Notes: generated by a model from the sequence alone, not told the origin. Positions 39,380 to 49,207 are shown, numbered from the stretch's first letter. The stretch is 52,889 bases of DNA from Chloroflexota bacterium (GCA_017743585.1 JAGHYP010000001.1:1-52889), one strand, 5' to 3'. Numbers and translations: made by a program.

Positions 39380-39874
39380 TCAGGCGAGCGTGATCAAAGC
39401 TTTGTTCTGTTCAACGGCTTGCCCCTTTTCCACATGAATGCGCTCAACTTTGCCATCGCGCGGCGCTTTGATGTCATTTTCCATCTTCATGGATTCGAGG
39501 ACGATCAGCGGCTGTCCTTTGCGCACTTGCTCGCCTTCGCTCACGCGCACTGCGACGATTAAGCCGGGCATCGGCGAGCGGATCACGATCTCGCCTTGCG
39601 CTATGCTCAAGCCGCTCGAAGCGCTCATCAAGCGCTGCTGGCGCTCGTCCAGCACTTCCACGTCATAAAGCTCGCCTTCGATCAGCACGTGGTAGCGCCC
39701 TTCGTGCCGCTCCACCAGCGCTTCGATGCTCTTGTTGTCGATCAGCGCTGAATAAAGCGCCTCTGAGATATGACGGAAATCAACCTGACGCGCCTCGCCA
39801 TTGATGATTAGGCGACCATCTTTGCCCAGCTCGATCTCAAATTTCCGCCCGTTAACCGTTGTCAGATACTTCAT
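39380..39874 (-). CDS. Stand-alone biotin carboxyl carrier protein
   Basis: SPMPG and ESMKM biotinylation motif. Confidence 0.9.
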   Translation of the reverse strand: MKYLTTVNGRKFEIELGKDGRLIINGEARQVDFRHISEALYSALIDNKSIEALVERHEGRYHVLIEGELYDVEVLDERQQRLMSASSGLSIAQGEIVIRSPMPGLIVAVRVSEGEQVRKGQPLIVLESMKMENDIKAPRDGKVERIHVEKGQAVEQNKALITLA

Positions 39875-40276
39875 GCTATTTCATGCGCTTTCTCGTCAAT
39901 GGTTGTAGAAAACCCTGCTGCCGATTATAGCGCCCTCGCTGCGCAGTCAGGAGCGACAGAGGCGTTAGAAACTCGTCCCTGAGTCCTGTCAGAGTCGTTG
40001 CGGACTTTCCACGAGAATTCGTGCAGCTTTTTCAAGGCGGACTTCATGCTTCATGCAATTGCTCAAGCGTGGATCGCAACGCAACAGTGCGCGCGCACTG
40101 AGGCAAAAGATGCTCTGGTGGCTCAGCAAGCTCGCAGATGCAAATCTCGCTAGCGATGCGGGGCTTCAGCCGCGAGTGCGTGCAGAGATTGCTAGTGTGT
40201 GTTATCTTTGGTCGTCTTGAGCGGCTGCGCGCGTGCGTTTCTGCGCTATAATGGGCATTCGAGAAAGGAAAACCCT

Positions 40277-40756
40277 GTGAGGCGTTCTTCCCGCCGCCAA
40301 CTGCCCGACGCAGAGACGCTTCGTCTTGCGTGTAGCGCGCGCCTGCATCAGCGCTTTGTGCAGTTGCGCGTAGCGACGCCGCTCGTGCTATCAGGCGCGT
40401 TGATCGCAATCGTGCCGAGCGTTCTGGTGCTTGCGCTGAGCGCTGAGCGATTCAGCGCGGTCGCCGCCTTCCTGGCGCTCCTGATCACGGCACCGGCAGC
40501 GCTTCTGTGTCTTTTACCGTATGCCCTGCTGATCGTACTCCTCTATGGCACGCGACGCGCTTACAAAGGTGCGCGCCACACCCTCGAACGCCTTCATCGA
40601 GCAGTGCGGCGCGCCAACCTCACCGTGCAAAGGCTCTCAGAGCGCGCTGCGAAGCCTGTCATCGCCTTGAACGCCCGCTACGCCGCGTTTGAGCGCTTGA
40701 TCAGCGCGCCATTCCGCGCCATTCGTATCTCAGAGGACGAGAATAGCCGACCATGA
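40277..40756 (+). CDS. Hypothetical membrane protein
   Basis: Two TM segments plus a basic helical tail; AAAGGA SD before GTG 40277; overlaps the next gene. Confidence 0.6.
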   Translation: MRRSSRRQLPDAETLRLACSARLHQRFVQLRVATPLVLSGALIAIVPSVLVLALSAERFSAVAAFLALLITAPAALLCLLPYALLIVLLYGTRRAYKGARHTLERLHRAVRRANLTVQRLSERAAKPVIALNARYAAFERLISAPFRAIRISEDENSRP

Positions 40757-41019
40757 GTGATAAGCCAACTTTGCCACCTGAAACGATCGCTGCGCCACGC
40801 CGCAGCTGGAAAACATCCGCTTACTTGCTCGGCAGCTTGCTCGGCGCGCTGTTCGGCTTCCTCTCAGCGCATTTCTACGCGCGCAGCGCCGAAGAGAACA
40901 ACAGCGGCCAGCCGCCCAAGTCGATCAGCACAGCAGACCTGTTTCGGCTGAGCCTCGCTGCCATTGCGCTGTTGCGTCAGATCAGCGACCTCGGCGCCGG
41001 TCGAAATGCGAGGCGCTGA
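40753..41019 (+). CDS. Small hypothetical membrane protein
   Basis: 88 aa with a single TM (GSLLGALFG); ATGA overlap. Confidence 0.7.
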   Translation: MSDKPTLPPETIAAPRRSWKTSAYLLGSLLGALFGFLSAHFYARSAEENNSGQPPKSISTADLFRLSLAAIALLRQISDLGAGRNARR

Positions 41020-41024
41020 GCGCT

Positions 41025-41633
41025 ATGTCTAAACGCCCTGCCGATCCGAGCGATCCGATTCTAGCCGCAGCGCGCGCTGTTTTTGTGCAACACGGCTACG
41101 CTGAGACGTCGCTTGAGCAGGTGGCGCGTCATGCCAAGCTCGAGCTATCCGCCGTGCAACGCCAATACGGCGATAAGGAGAAGCTATTGGCTGCTGTGCT
41201 GCGCGCTTACTCGCCGCAGGCTGAGCTTGAGGCAGCGCTGGACGCTGTTCAAGGCGAGACGGCGGCTGACATCCTGCGCGATATGATGCGTCGCCTTGTT
41301 GAAGTGGCGCAGCGCCACAGCGATTTCTTCAGGTTGGCTATCATTGACGCGCAGAGCAACAACGGCGCGTTTCTGGGCAATCTGAGCGCCGCGATTTTTC
41401 CAAAAGCGATTGAAGTATTGAACAAGATGAAGGCGAGCGGCGCGCTGCGCCCTGTCCCAGACGCTGTGATCGGGCGGACGCTGCTCGCGATGTGGATCGG
41501 CTATATCGTCTCGGAGCATGCGTTGCCGCAATTGGCGCGCTTCGCCATGCGGTTGCTGCCGCAGCAGGTTTGGCTAGATGGCATGGTTGACCTGATGCTC
41601 TACGGCCTGCTCGAGGACAGTGCACGTGGCTGA
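41025..41633 (+). CDS. TetR/AcrR family transcriptional regulator
   Basis: ILAAA..VF..HGY..TSLEQVA...KEKL N-terminal HTH. Confidence 0.88.
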   Translation: MSKRPADPSDPILAAARAVFVQHGYAETSLEQVARHAKLELSAVQRQYGDKEKLLAAVLRAYSPQAELEAALDAVQGETAADILRDMMRRLVEVAQRHSDFFRLAIIDAQSNNGAFLGNLSAAIFPKAIEVLNKMKASGALRPVPDAVIGRTLLAMWIGYIVSEHALPQLARFAMRLLPQQVWLDGMVDLMLYGLLEDSARG

Positions 41634-42783
41634 ATCATGGCCATATCGCGCAGGGGGCGCCGTGCGATGGCTGTGGCAACGGCGCGGCATATGGCTGCGC
41701 GGCGCAATTTTGGCGGTCATTTTGCTGAACTTAGCGCCTGCGCGCGCGCGCCTGCAACCTGAGCCGCCTCAGCGCGTCCAAACAGCGCATCCGATTTTAT
41801 GCATGCACACGCGCCTTGTAGATGAAGTGGAAGATTGGAAAATTTGGCATACATTGCGCATGGTGCGCGAGATGGGCGCGACCGCGATTGTAGAGCTTTT
41901 CCCTTGGGCATACATTCAGCCGCGCGAAGGCGTCTACGACTGGCATCATCCTGATCGAATCATCCGATTGGCGCGGCAGCAAGGTCTGACGGTCATTGCG
42001 CGGCTTGGCGTTGTGCCTGCTTGGGCGCGCCCTGATCCGCGCCTGCAGCCGACGTCGCTCAACTACCTCGCGCCTGAGCGCTACGCCGATTACGCGGCAT
42101 TTGTAGCGGCATTTGCGGCGCGCTATCGCGGCGAGGTGACGCACATCATCCCTTGGAACGAGCCGAACCTATACTTTGAGTGGGGCTTTCGGCGCGTCAC
42201 GCCTGAGGAATACGTCGAATTCCTCAAGCTGGTTTACCAAGCGGCGCATGCCGCCAACCCTGAGGTCCAGATTCTCGGCGCAGCGCTGGCGCCGACGCTT
42301 GAGCCCGAAGACGGCGCGAATGGCATGAGCGATCTGATTTACCTGCGGCGCATATACGAAGCGGGCGGCGGCGCATATTTCGATGCGCTGGCGGTGCATA
42401 CCTATGGCTTCACGTCGCCGCCTGACGATCCGCCCGCGCCTGACCGCCTGAATTTCCGTCGCGCTGAGCTGTTGTTCGATATCATGCGCGCCTTCGGCGA
42501 CGCCGATAAGCCGATTTACATCACAGAGAGCAGTTGGAATGATCATCCGCGCTGGACACACGCTGTGCGTCCTAGCCAGCGTATCGAGTACACGCTCGCC
42601 GCGCTGCGCTACGCTGAAAGCACTTGGCAAACCGTGCGCAACCTGTGCTTTTGGTTCTTCCGCGCGCCGACGCTCTACCGCAATTACATGGACGGCTACG
42701 CTTTTGTGACAGTTGGCTTTCGCCCGCGCCCGATCTACGAGGAAGTTCGGCGCTGGGCGCTCGGCGAGCGCGAGGTGCCATGA
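41620..42783 (+). CDS. Clan-A glycoside hydrolase (GH5/GH39/GH42-like), exported or membrane-anchored
   Basis: WNEPN acid/base motif, HTYG, ITE nucleophile, N-terminal hydrophobic segment. Confidence 0.8.
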   Translation: MHVAESWPYRAGGAVRWLWQRRGIWLRGAILAVILLNLAPARARLQPEPPQRVQTAHPILCMHTRLVDEVEDWKIWHTLRMVREMGATAIVELFPWAYIQPREGVYDWHHPDRIIRLARQQGLTVIARLGVVPAWARPDPRLQPTSLNYLAPERYADYAAFVAAFAARYRGEVTHIIPWNEPNLYFEWGFRRVTPEEYVEFLKLVYQAAHAANPEVQILGAALAPTLEPEDGANGMSDLIYLRRIYEAGGGAYFDALAVHTYGFTSPPDDPPAPDRLNFRRAELLFDIMRAFGDADKPIYITESSWNDHPRWTHAVRPSQRIEYTLAALRYAESTWQTVRNLCFWFFRAPTLYRNYMDGYAFVTVGFRPRPIYEEVRRWALGEREVP

Positions 42784-43613
42784 GACGCTACCCAACGCGC
42801 AATGCTGCACTTTTCCACACGCTGCGCCGTCTCGTCGCGTCGCTGTGCTGCGTGTTTTTGTTCGTGCAAGGCGTGCGCTACGGGCGCTATCATTTTTTTC
42901 GCCCTGACCCAAGCTGGGAGCGCGTGCAGGCGCGCGCAGTGCTGGTCGTCGGCATGGATACCAGCTACTATCCGTTCGCCGTGATGCAGGGCGAGCGGAT
43001 CAGCGGCTTGGATGTGGATATCGCGCTTGAGATCGCGCGTCGCCTCGGCGTGCGGTTGCAGGTCGCGCCAATGGGCGTGGACGGACTGTATGACGCGCTG
43101 CACACAGGCGTGGTGGACGCGCTGATCTCAGCGTTGCCGCTTGATCCGTTCCGCCTCGACACTTTCTTGTACGTAGGAGCGTACTTAGACGGCGGCTATT
43201 TCTTGGTCTCGCCAAAGGGTCTCTATCAGCGCATGTCGGATTTGGAGGGCAAGCGCATCGCCGCTGAGTATGGCAGCCTCGGCGATGAGCAAGCACGGCT
43301 CTGGTTGCGCCGCCTGCGCAGCTTGCGAGTGCAACACTATGCCGAGCCGAGCGCCGCGCTCGCAGCGGTCGCTGAGGGCGAGGCAGATGCAGCGCTGGTA
43401 GACTACCTCTCGGCGCGGCTGTGGTTGCGCGAGCATCGCGAGGCTGATCTGCGCATTGCCGAGCAGCCGATTCACTCAGAGGGCTATCACGTCGTGCTGC
43501 GAATTCAGGATTTGGCGCTCGCCAGCAAGGTGAGCGAAGCGCTCGAAGCCATGCGCGCCGATGGCAGCTTAGCGGCGATCATCGCTAGGTGGCTTGGCGA
43601 GGATCGGCGCTGA
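42780..43613 (+). CDS. Polar amino acid ABC substrate-binding protein (SBP family 3)
   Basis: YYPF, GLDVDIA, ADGSLAAIIARW; ATGA overlap. Confidence 0.85.
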   Translation: MRRYPTRNAALFHTLRRLVASLCCVFLFVQGVRYGRYHFFRPDPSWERVQARAVLVVGMDTSYYPFAVMQGERISGLDVDIALEIARRLGVRLQVAPMGVDGLYDALHTGVVDALISALPLDPFRLDTFLYVGAYLDGGYFLVSPKGLYQRMSDLEGKRIAAEYGSLGDEQARLWLRRLRSLRVQHYAEPSAALAAVAEGEADAALVDYLSARLWLREHREADLRIAEQPIHSEGYHVVLRIQDLALASKVSEALEAMRADGSLAAIIARWLGEDRR

Positions 43614-43631
43614 GCGCAGCATTTTGCACTA

Positions 43632-43720
43632 TTGACGAAGGTTAAGGATTGTAATACTCTATATACAACAAACAAACATGACGGGCGACGCTTGAAATGT
43701 ATGAGCGCGCCGCTTACAAT
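43632..43720 (+). promoter_or_regulatory. Two tandem sigma70-type promoters
   Basis: TTGACG-N17-TACTCT (43632-43660) and TTGAAA-N17-TACAAT (43692-43720) in an AT-rich patch. Confidence 0.6.
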
Positions 43721-43799
43721 TGAGAGCTGCAACTTGCTCCCTCGCTCGGCCTTGAGCGCGGAGCTTTTGTGTGCATCCCGTGTGCAACGGAGTAAACGC

Positions 43800-44165
43800 A
43801 TGTTCCCCTTTCTGAAGCGTATCTGGATCGAACAAGCCGCCGTGGAAGGCTTCAATCCCTATCAGGATAGCACAGACGTGATCGTGGAGCTGCAAGATGG
43901 GCAAACTTGGCTGGCGCATTTCGTGACCGTCCCATTTCTGCAGCGGCAGATGCACATCAGCCGCGAAGTGGCGGAGGCCGAAGCCCAGCTCTTGCCTGTG
44001 CGCTTTGTCACGCTTGAGACGCCGCATGTGGTCGTCGAGAATCTGCTGACCGAGACGATTGAAGATACCATTGAGAACCTGATCACGCTCGGCACTTTCG
44101 AGAGCGTCTTCGTGCCTTGCCAGGTGGCTGATTTGCTGCCTGAGGGCGACGTTATGCCGAGCTAG
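43800..44165 (+). CDS. Small acidic hypothetical protein
   Basis: 121 aa from ATG 43800 with a GGAG SD. Confidence 0.75.
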   Translation: MFPFLKRIWIEQAAVEGFNPYQDSTDVIVELQDGQTWLAHFVTVPFLQRQMHISREVAEAEAQLLPVRFVTLETPHVVVENLLTETIEDTIENLITLGTFESVFVPCQVADLLPEGDVMPS

Positions 44166-44307
44166 TGACGCCTGAACGCAGACAAAAAGTGCCTCACTGC
44201 TCAACGCAAACAGGTGTAGTGACCAGTTGAATCGCGGCGCGCTGCGCCTTGCTGCGCTTGCACGCCGCCAACTCACGCTAGCAGCCACTCGCACAAGTTG
44301 AGGGATC

Positions 44308-46116
44308 ATGTCCGAGCGCTACGAAGAGAGCTTGCTCTACCGCATCCGCCATTCTCTAGCGCACGTCATGGCGCAGGCGGTGCTGGAGATCTTCCCCGAA
44401 GGGCGCCTCGCTATCGGCCCACCGATCGAAGACGGCTTCTACTACGATTTCGAGCTGCCGCGTCAGCTGACCGAGGCCGACTTGCCTGAGATCGAAGCGC
44501 GCATGCGCCGCATCATCAGCGGCAACTTCCCGTTCATACGGCGCGAGGTCAGCGCTGAGGAAGCGCGCCGCCTCTTCGCCAATCAGCCTTACAAGTTGGA
44601 GCTGATCGACGGATTGGAGCGCGGCAGCTACGACGAAAACGGCAATAAAATCGCCGAAGCGCCTGTCATCACCACCTATCGGCAGGATACCTTCGAGGAT
44701 TTGTGCCGCGGCCCGCACGTGGCACACACAGGCGAGCTGAATCCGAACGCTTTCAAGCTGATGAGCATCGCCGGGGCCTATTGGCGCGGCGACTCAAAGC
44801 GCCCGCAATTGCAGCGCATCTATGGCACAGCGTGGCATACAGCGGCTGAGCTAGAGGAATATCTGAATCAGCTGGAGCAAGCGAAGGCGCGCGACCATCG
44901 CAAGCTCGGCGAGCAGCTCGGCCTATTCACCTTCAGTCCGCTGGTCGGCAAGGGCCTGCCGCTGTGGAAGCCAAAAGGCGCCATCCTGCGCGATATCCTA
45001 GAGCGCTTCTTGCGCGCCGAGCAGCTGCGCGCGGGCTATCAGCCTGTCGTCTCGCCGCACATCGCCAAAGTAGACCTGTACCGCATATCTGGTCACTATC
45101 CGTACTATGCGGATAGCCAATTCCCGCCGATGACGCTTGACGACGAAGAGTTCATGCTCAAGCCGATGAACTGCCCGCATCACATCGAAATCTATCGCAG
45201 TGAGCCGCGCAGCTACCGCGACCTGCCCATTCGCCTCGCCGAATTCGGCACAGTCTATCGCTACGAGCAGAGCGGCGAGCTGACAGGCTTGACGCGCGTG
45301 CGCGGCTTCACCCAAGACGACGCGCACATCTTCGCCACGCCCGAGCAGCTTGAGGCAGAGTTCATCGGCGTGGTGCGCTTGATCCAGCGCATCTTCGACC
45401 TGATGGGCTTCCACGATTTCCGCGTGCGCGTCGGCACGCGCGACCCGAATAGCGATAAATACGTAGGCGCGCCTGAGCTATGGGAAAAAGCGACGCAGGC
45501 GATCCTCAACGCAGTCGAAAAGCTCGGCTTGCGCTACTACGTGGCAGAGGGCGAGGCCGCCTTTTACGGCCCGAAGCTCGATTTCATCTTCCGCGATGTG
45601 CTGAAGCGCGAGTGGCAGCTTGGCACAGTGCAAGTGGATTACAACTTGCCTGAACGCTTCCAGCTGGAATACATGGGCGAGGACAATCGGGTGCATCGTC
45701 CTGTCATGATCCATCGCGCGCCCTTTGGCAGCATGGAGCGCTTCGTGGCGATCTTGATCGAGCATTTCGGCGGCGCGTTCCCTGTTTGGTTGGCGCCGAT
45801 TCAAGCGCGCCTGATCCCAGTGGCAGATCGGCATGTGCCATACTTGCGCGACGTGGCGGCAAAGTTGTTGGAAGCGGACTTGCGCGCCGACGTAGACGAC
45901 GGCAAAGAGCGCATGAACGCCAAGATTCGCAAAGCGCAGGGCGAGAAAATCCCTTACATGCTGATCGCAGGCGATCGCGAAGTGGAAAGCGGCACGATCT
46001 CAGTGCGGCTGCGCAGCGGCGAGGACCTCGGCGGGATGCCTGTCGAGACGTTCATCGCCAAAGCGCGGCTGATCAACGATTCGCGCTCGCAGCGCCTGAT
46101 GCCCGAGTCAGATTAG
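44308..46116 (+). CDS. thrS: Threonine--tRNA ligase
   Basis: HSLAH, DLCRGPH, GAYWRG, DHRKLG, KPMNCPHH, RVRGFTQDDAH, AFYGPK, HRAPFGS.ERF. Confidence 0.98.
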   Translation: MSERYEESLLYRIRHSLAHVMAQAVLEIFPEGRLAIGPPIEDGFYYDFELPRQLTEADLPEIEARMRRIISGNFPFIRREVSAEEARRLFANQPYKLELIDGLERGSYDENGNKIAEAPVITTYRQDTFEDLCRGPHVAHTGELNPNAFKLMSIAGAYWRGDSKRPQLQRIYGTAWHTAAELEEYLNQLEQAKARDHRKLGEQLGLFTFSPLVGKGLPLWKPKGAILRDILERFLRAEQLRAGYQPVVSPHIAKVDLYRISGHYPYYADSQFPPMTLDDEEFMLKPMNCPHHIEIYRSEPRSYRDLPIRLAEFGTVYRYEQSGELTGLTRVRGFTQDDAHIFATPEQLEAEFIGVVRLIQRIFDLMGFHDFRVRVGTRDPNSDKYVGAPELWEKATQAILNAVEKLGLRYYVAEGEAAFYGPKLDFIFRDVLKREWQLGTVQVDYNLPERFQLEYMGEDNRVHRPVMIHRAPFGSMERFVAILIEHFGGAFPVWLAPIQARLIPVADRHVPYLRDVAAKLLEADLRADVDDGKERMNAKIRKAQGEKIPYMLIAGDREVESGTISVRLRSGEDLGGMPVETFIAKARLINDSRSQRLMPESD

Positions 46117-47129
46117 CATTCAAGCGGCGAGTCATCAGGCGGCTCTAGCGCTATCTCGTCCTCTGCTTCGGCGTGACCGCCCGCCTGCAGTGGCGGCAAT
46201 TTGGTCACGCCGCGCTCTTTATTGATGCTGAAGCGGTCAAAATCGCGCGCCACGTAAGTGTTGGGAAAGATCGCCTGCGCTTCTGCCAGCACATCGCGCT
46301 CGCGGCTGCGCCGTGAGAGATGCGTCAGGATCAGCGTCTGCACGCCTGCTTCCGCTGCCAGCCGCGCAGCGCCTGCCGCCGTCATATGTCCGAAGTGCTG
46401 CGCCAGCTCTGCATCAGCGTCCAGGTAAGTCGCCTCTGTGACAAGTGCGTGCGCTCCGCGCACATACTCGAGAATGTCATCTGTGCGCCCCACATCGCCA
46501 GTGTGGACGTAACACGCGCCGCGAATATGCTCGCCAAGCACGTCGTCGGGCTGAATCACGCGACCATCGGCGAGCGTGACAGGCTGCCCGCGCACCAGCT
46601 GCGCCCGCTCAGGCCCGAATGGCACGCCGAGCGCGTCGGCTTTCTCAGCGAGGAACGGACGGCGCGCTTTTTCTTGAAAAACATAGCCGAGGCAGCCCGC
46701 GCCGCGATGCGTGACGGGGAATGCGCTCACTGTGAAATCCCGCGTCTCGAAGAAGACGCCCTCTTGCACCTCGATTAGATGAATCGGTATCGGCAGGCGC
46801 TCGTTGCGGAAGACGATGCGGTAGATCAAGTCTTGCACGCGGTCGAGCGCCCAGCGACTGCCGTAAATTTCCAGCTCGTCAAGGCTCTCCCAGCGCACTA
46901 GGGTCGAGAGCAAGCCCGCCAAGCCGAGAATATGATCCAGGTGTCCGTGCGTGATCAGGATGCGGTTCAAGCGCTTGAAGCCGACTCCGCTGCGCAAAAT
47001 TTGGCGCTGTGTGCCTTCGCCGCAGTCAATCAGGAAGCGATATTCCTTCGCGATGAGCAGCTGCGCCGAGAGCCCGCGATGGATTGACGGCGCCGAAGCG
47101 GATGTGCCTAAGAAGAGCAACTCGAACAT
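46113..47129 (-). CDS. rnz: Ribonuclease Z
   Basis: LGTSA, DCGEGTQ, THGHLDH, GVPFGP exosite arm, EATY, HMT, THLS. Confidence 0.93.
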   Translation of the reverse strand: MFELLFLGTSASAPSIHRGLSAQLLIAKEYRFLIDCGEGTQRQILRSGVGFKRLNRILITHGHLDHILGLAGLLSTLVRWESLDELEIYGSRWALDRVQDLIYRIVFRNERLPIPIHLIEVQEGVFFETRDFTVSAFPVTHRGAGCLGYVFQEKARRPFLAEKADALGVPFGPERAQLVRGQPVTLADGRVIQPDDVLGEHIRGACYVHTGDVGRTDDILEYVRGAHALVTEATYLDADAELAQHFGHMTAAGAARLAAEAGVQTLILTHLSRRSRERDVLAEAQAIFPNTYVARDFDRFSINKERGVTKLPPLQAGGHAEAEDEIALEPPDDSPLEC

Positions 47130-47137
47130 GATCGCGC

Positions 47138-49207
47138 CTATTCCACGCGGATTTTTCTCAGGAACAAGCGATCGCTACGCGGCGTCTCGCCGTCGTAGAT
47201 CGGCAAGCGCCGACCGTCGCCCTCGCTATACGCACCAATTGAGAGGAAATAATCGCCGCTGGGAAAATCGGGCGGCAAAGGCAGGTCTATGATCTGAATG
47301 AAGACGTCGCGGTCGCGCAGCAAGCTGGACTCAATGTTCAGCACGTCGTTTTGCAAGGCAGGCGGGATGTCAGGATTGCGCGAGACATGCGCGAACAAGC
47401 GCAAGCCGGGCACTTGCTCGCCATCGGCGCGCCAATAAGTCACCACGCGCAGCAGATCGCCGGCGCGGTAGCGCTCGGCTTCGGGCAACAGACGGTACCC
47501 TTCGAAGGTCAGGTAGCCGCCCATGCGCAAAGGCAGCGCAGCAGGCTCCGCGTTGGCGCGGCTCTCTTCGGGCGACCACCACACTCGGCTCAAGATGACC
47601 TGCCCGAAATCATCGGCGACGATCTGCGCTGCATCCACGAGCAACACGCTGCCGCTCGGCAAATTCGCCACAGGCACATCGGCGGCGTTCTGCAGCCAAG
47701 CCTTGAGCGGCTCGGGGATGCGCGAGCGCGCCGCGGGATGAGCGAAGGCGTAGCGCTGCGCCGCGCCACCGTTCGTCAGCACCAGTGCATCGAGGCAATT
47801 GCTGTAGCGCAGCGCTAGGTCATGGCGATGCAACATCAATTCTAGCAATTGCGGATCAGGACGCGCCGCGAAGCGATGCTCAGCGCCTTGCGCTGCAGCG
47901 CGCGCATCGAGCGAGAACGTGCAGATGGACGTCGAGAGTCCATCGTAAGTGCGATCCAGATAGGCTGCTAAATGACCGAGCCGCGCACGATAGACGCTCT
48001 GCACATCATCGCGGTTCGCCCAGACGCGGAAGAGCAGATCGCTTGCGGCGAAGCAAGTGGTAGCGGCAATCGCGGAGGTGCCGAAGAGGATCAAACGCTC
48101 GGCGGTCGCGCGCGGCAGATTGGCTCGGAGGATATTGGCAACGCTCGCTGCTCCTGCGCCCATCAAGAGCATGATCGCAGGCAGCGCCAAAAGTTGGTGG
48201 CTGAAGTCGAGCGCGCCGCGCGTCCAAGCATCTGCCAGCAAACCGAACAAGAGCGCCAAAAGCGGCAGGACGTAGTTCGGCGCACGCCGAAAGCGCCGCA
48301 GCGCCTCGAACACGCCGACCAGCAGCAAGATGAAGCCGATAGGGCTCAAGAGCGGCATGGCGGGCAAATTCTGCTGCGGCGATACATCGCCATAGATGCC
48401 GAGGCCGCCAATCGCTTGCCAGAAGCTGCTCAGGAATTCTTCTAAGCGCTCAGGGCGATTTGACCAGAGCGTGTTCAGGCTGCTGATCGGAAATGTATGC
48501 ACTGTGGCACCGATGTATGGGATGGCGACGATCAGCGCGATCAGCGCGCTGAACAAGCTGTAGCTGACGACGCGCCGCAAGATCGGCTGGCGCGTCACGA
48601 GCAGATAGACGACGAACGCGCCAAACAACGGCGCGAGCAGCAAGCCGATCCAATGCGCATAAGCGGTCAGCGCGATCAGCGCGCCGAGCGAAGCATACAG
48701 CGCGGCCTTCGGCAAGGCAGGCTGAACGTGACGACGCAGATGCACAGCGCTTGCCATCACCAACAACGTCAGCGCGATCAGCGGCACGGCGAGCGCTTCT
48801 CGCGCGATCGAACGTCCGATGATGATCGGATAGAAGGTCAACGCCATGCCAATGGCAGCCACTAGGCCGCTGAAATGCCCGAAGAGCCGTCTGCCGAGCG
48901 CATAGAGGAGCGCGACGCTCAGCAGCCCGCAGCCGACCGCGAAAAAGCGCAGCGGCAGCTGCCCCTTGCCGAAGAAAATGCTCAGCCAACCGTGCAAGAC
49001 ACCGAACAAGCCTTCGCGCCCGCTGCTCGCATCGTCCACAGCGTAGAAAGATGCAATGGCGCCGCTGCGCGCTAGCGCTCCGATCTCTATCTGGACAATC
49101 TCTTCGTCGTGGAAGCCTGGTGGCAAAGTTGTCAGCCCAGCGAGGCGCAAAGCTGCTGCCGCAAATAGCACAGCTGTGATGGCCGCCAATCGTGTGCGCT
49201 GCGCCAA
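47138..49207 (-). CDS. GT-C (ArnT/PMT, family 39-like) membrane glycosyltransferase with C-terminal extracellular domain
   Basis: LR...L...PPGFHDE, multiple TMs, C-terminal YW...FAH...PSGDY.LSIGAY...RL domain. Confidence 0.78.
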   Translation of the reverse strand: MAQRTRLAAITAVLFAAAALRLAGLTTLPPGFHDEEIVQIEIGALARSGAIASFYAVDDASSGREGLFGVLHGWLSIFFGKGQLPLRFFAVGCGLLSVALLYALGRRLFGHFSGLVAAIGMALTFYPIIIGRSIAREALAVPLIALTLLVMASAVHLRRHVQPALPKAALYASLGALIALTAYAHWIGLLLAPLFGAFVVYLLVTRQPILRRVVSYSLFSALIALIVAIPYIGATVHTFPISSLNTLWSNRPERLEEFLSSFWQAIGGLGIYGDVSPQQNLPAMPLLSPIGFILLLVGVFEALRRFRRAPNYVLPLLALLFGLLADAWTRGALDFSHQLLALPAIMLLMGAGAASVANILRANLPRATAERLILFGTSAIAATTCFAASDLLFRVWANRDDVQSVYRARLGHLAAYLDRTYDGLSTSICTFSLDARAAAQGAEHRFAARPDPQLLELMLHRHDLALRYSNCLDALVLTNGGAAQRYAFAHPAARSRIPEPLKAWLQNAADVPVANLPSGSVLLVDAAQIVADDFGQVILSRVWWSPEESRANAEPAALPLRMGGYLTFEGYRLLPEAERYRAGDLLRVVTYWRADGEQVPGLRLFAHVSRNPDIPPALQNDVLNIESSLLRDRDVFIQIIDLPLPPDFPSGDYFLSIGAYSEGDGRRLPIYDGETPRSDRLFLRKIRVE

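Noticed and set aside
44166-44307. T-box riboswitch upstream of thrS
   Set aside because: No GGTGGNACC T-box motif and no terminator U-tract; the region is short.
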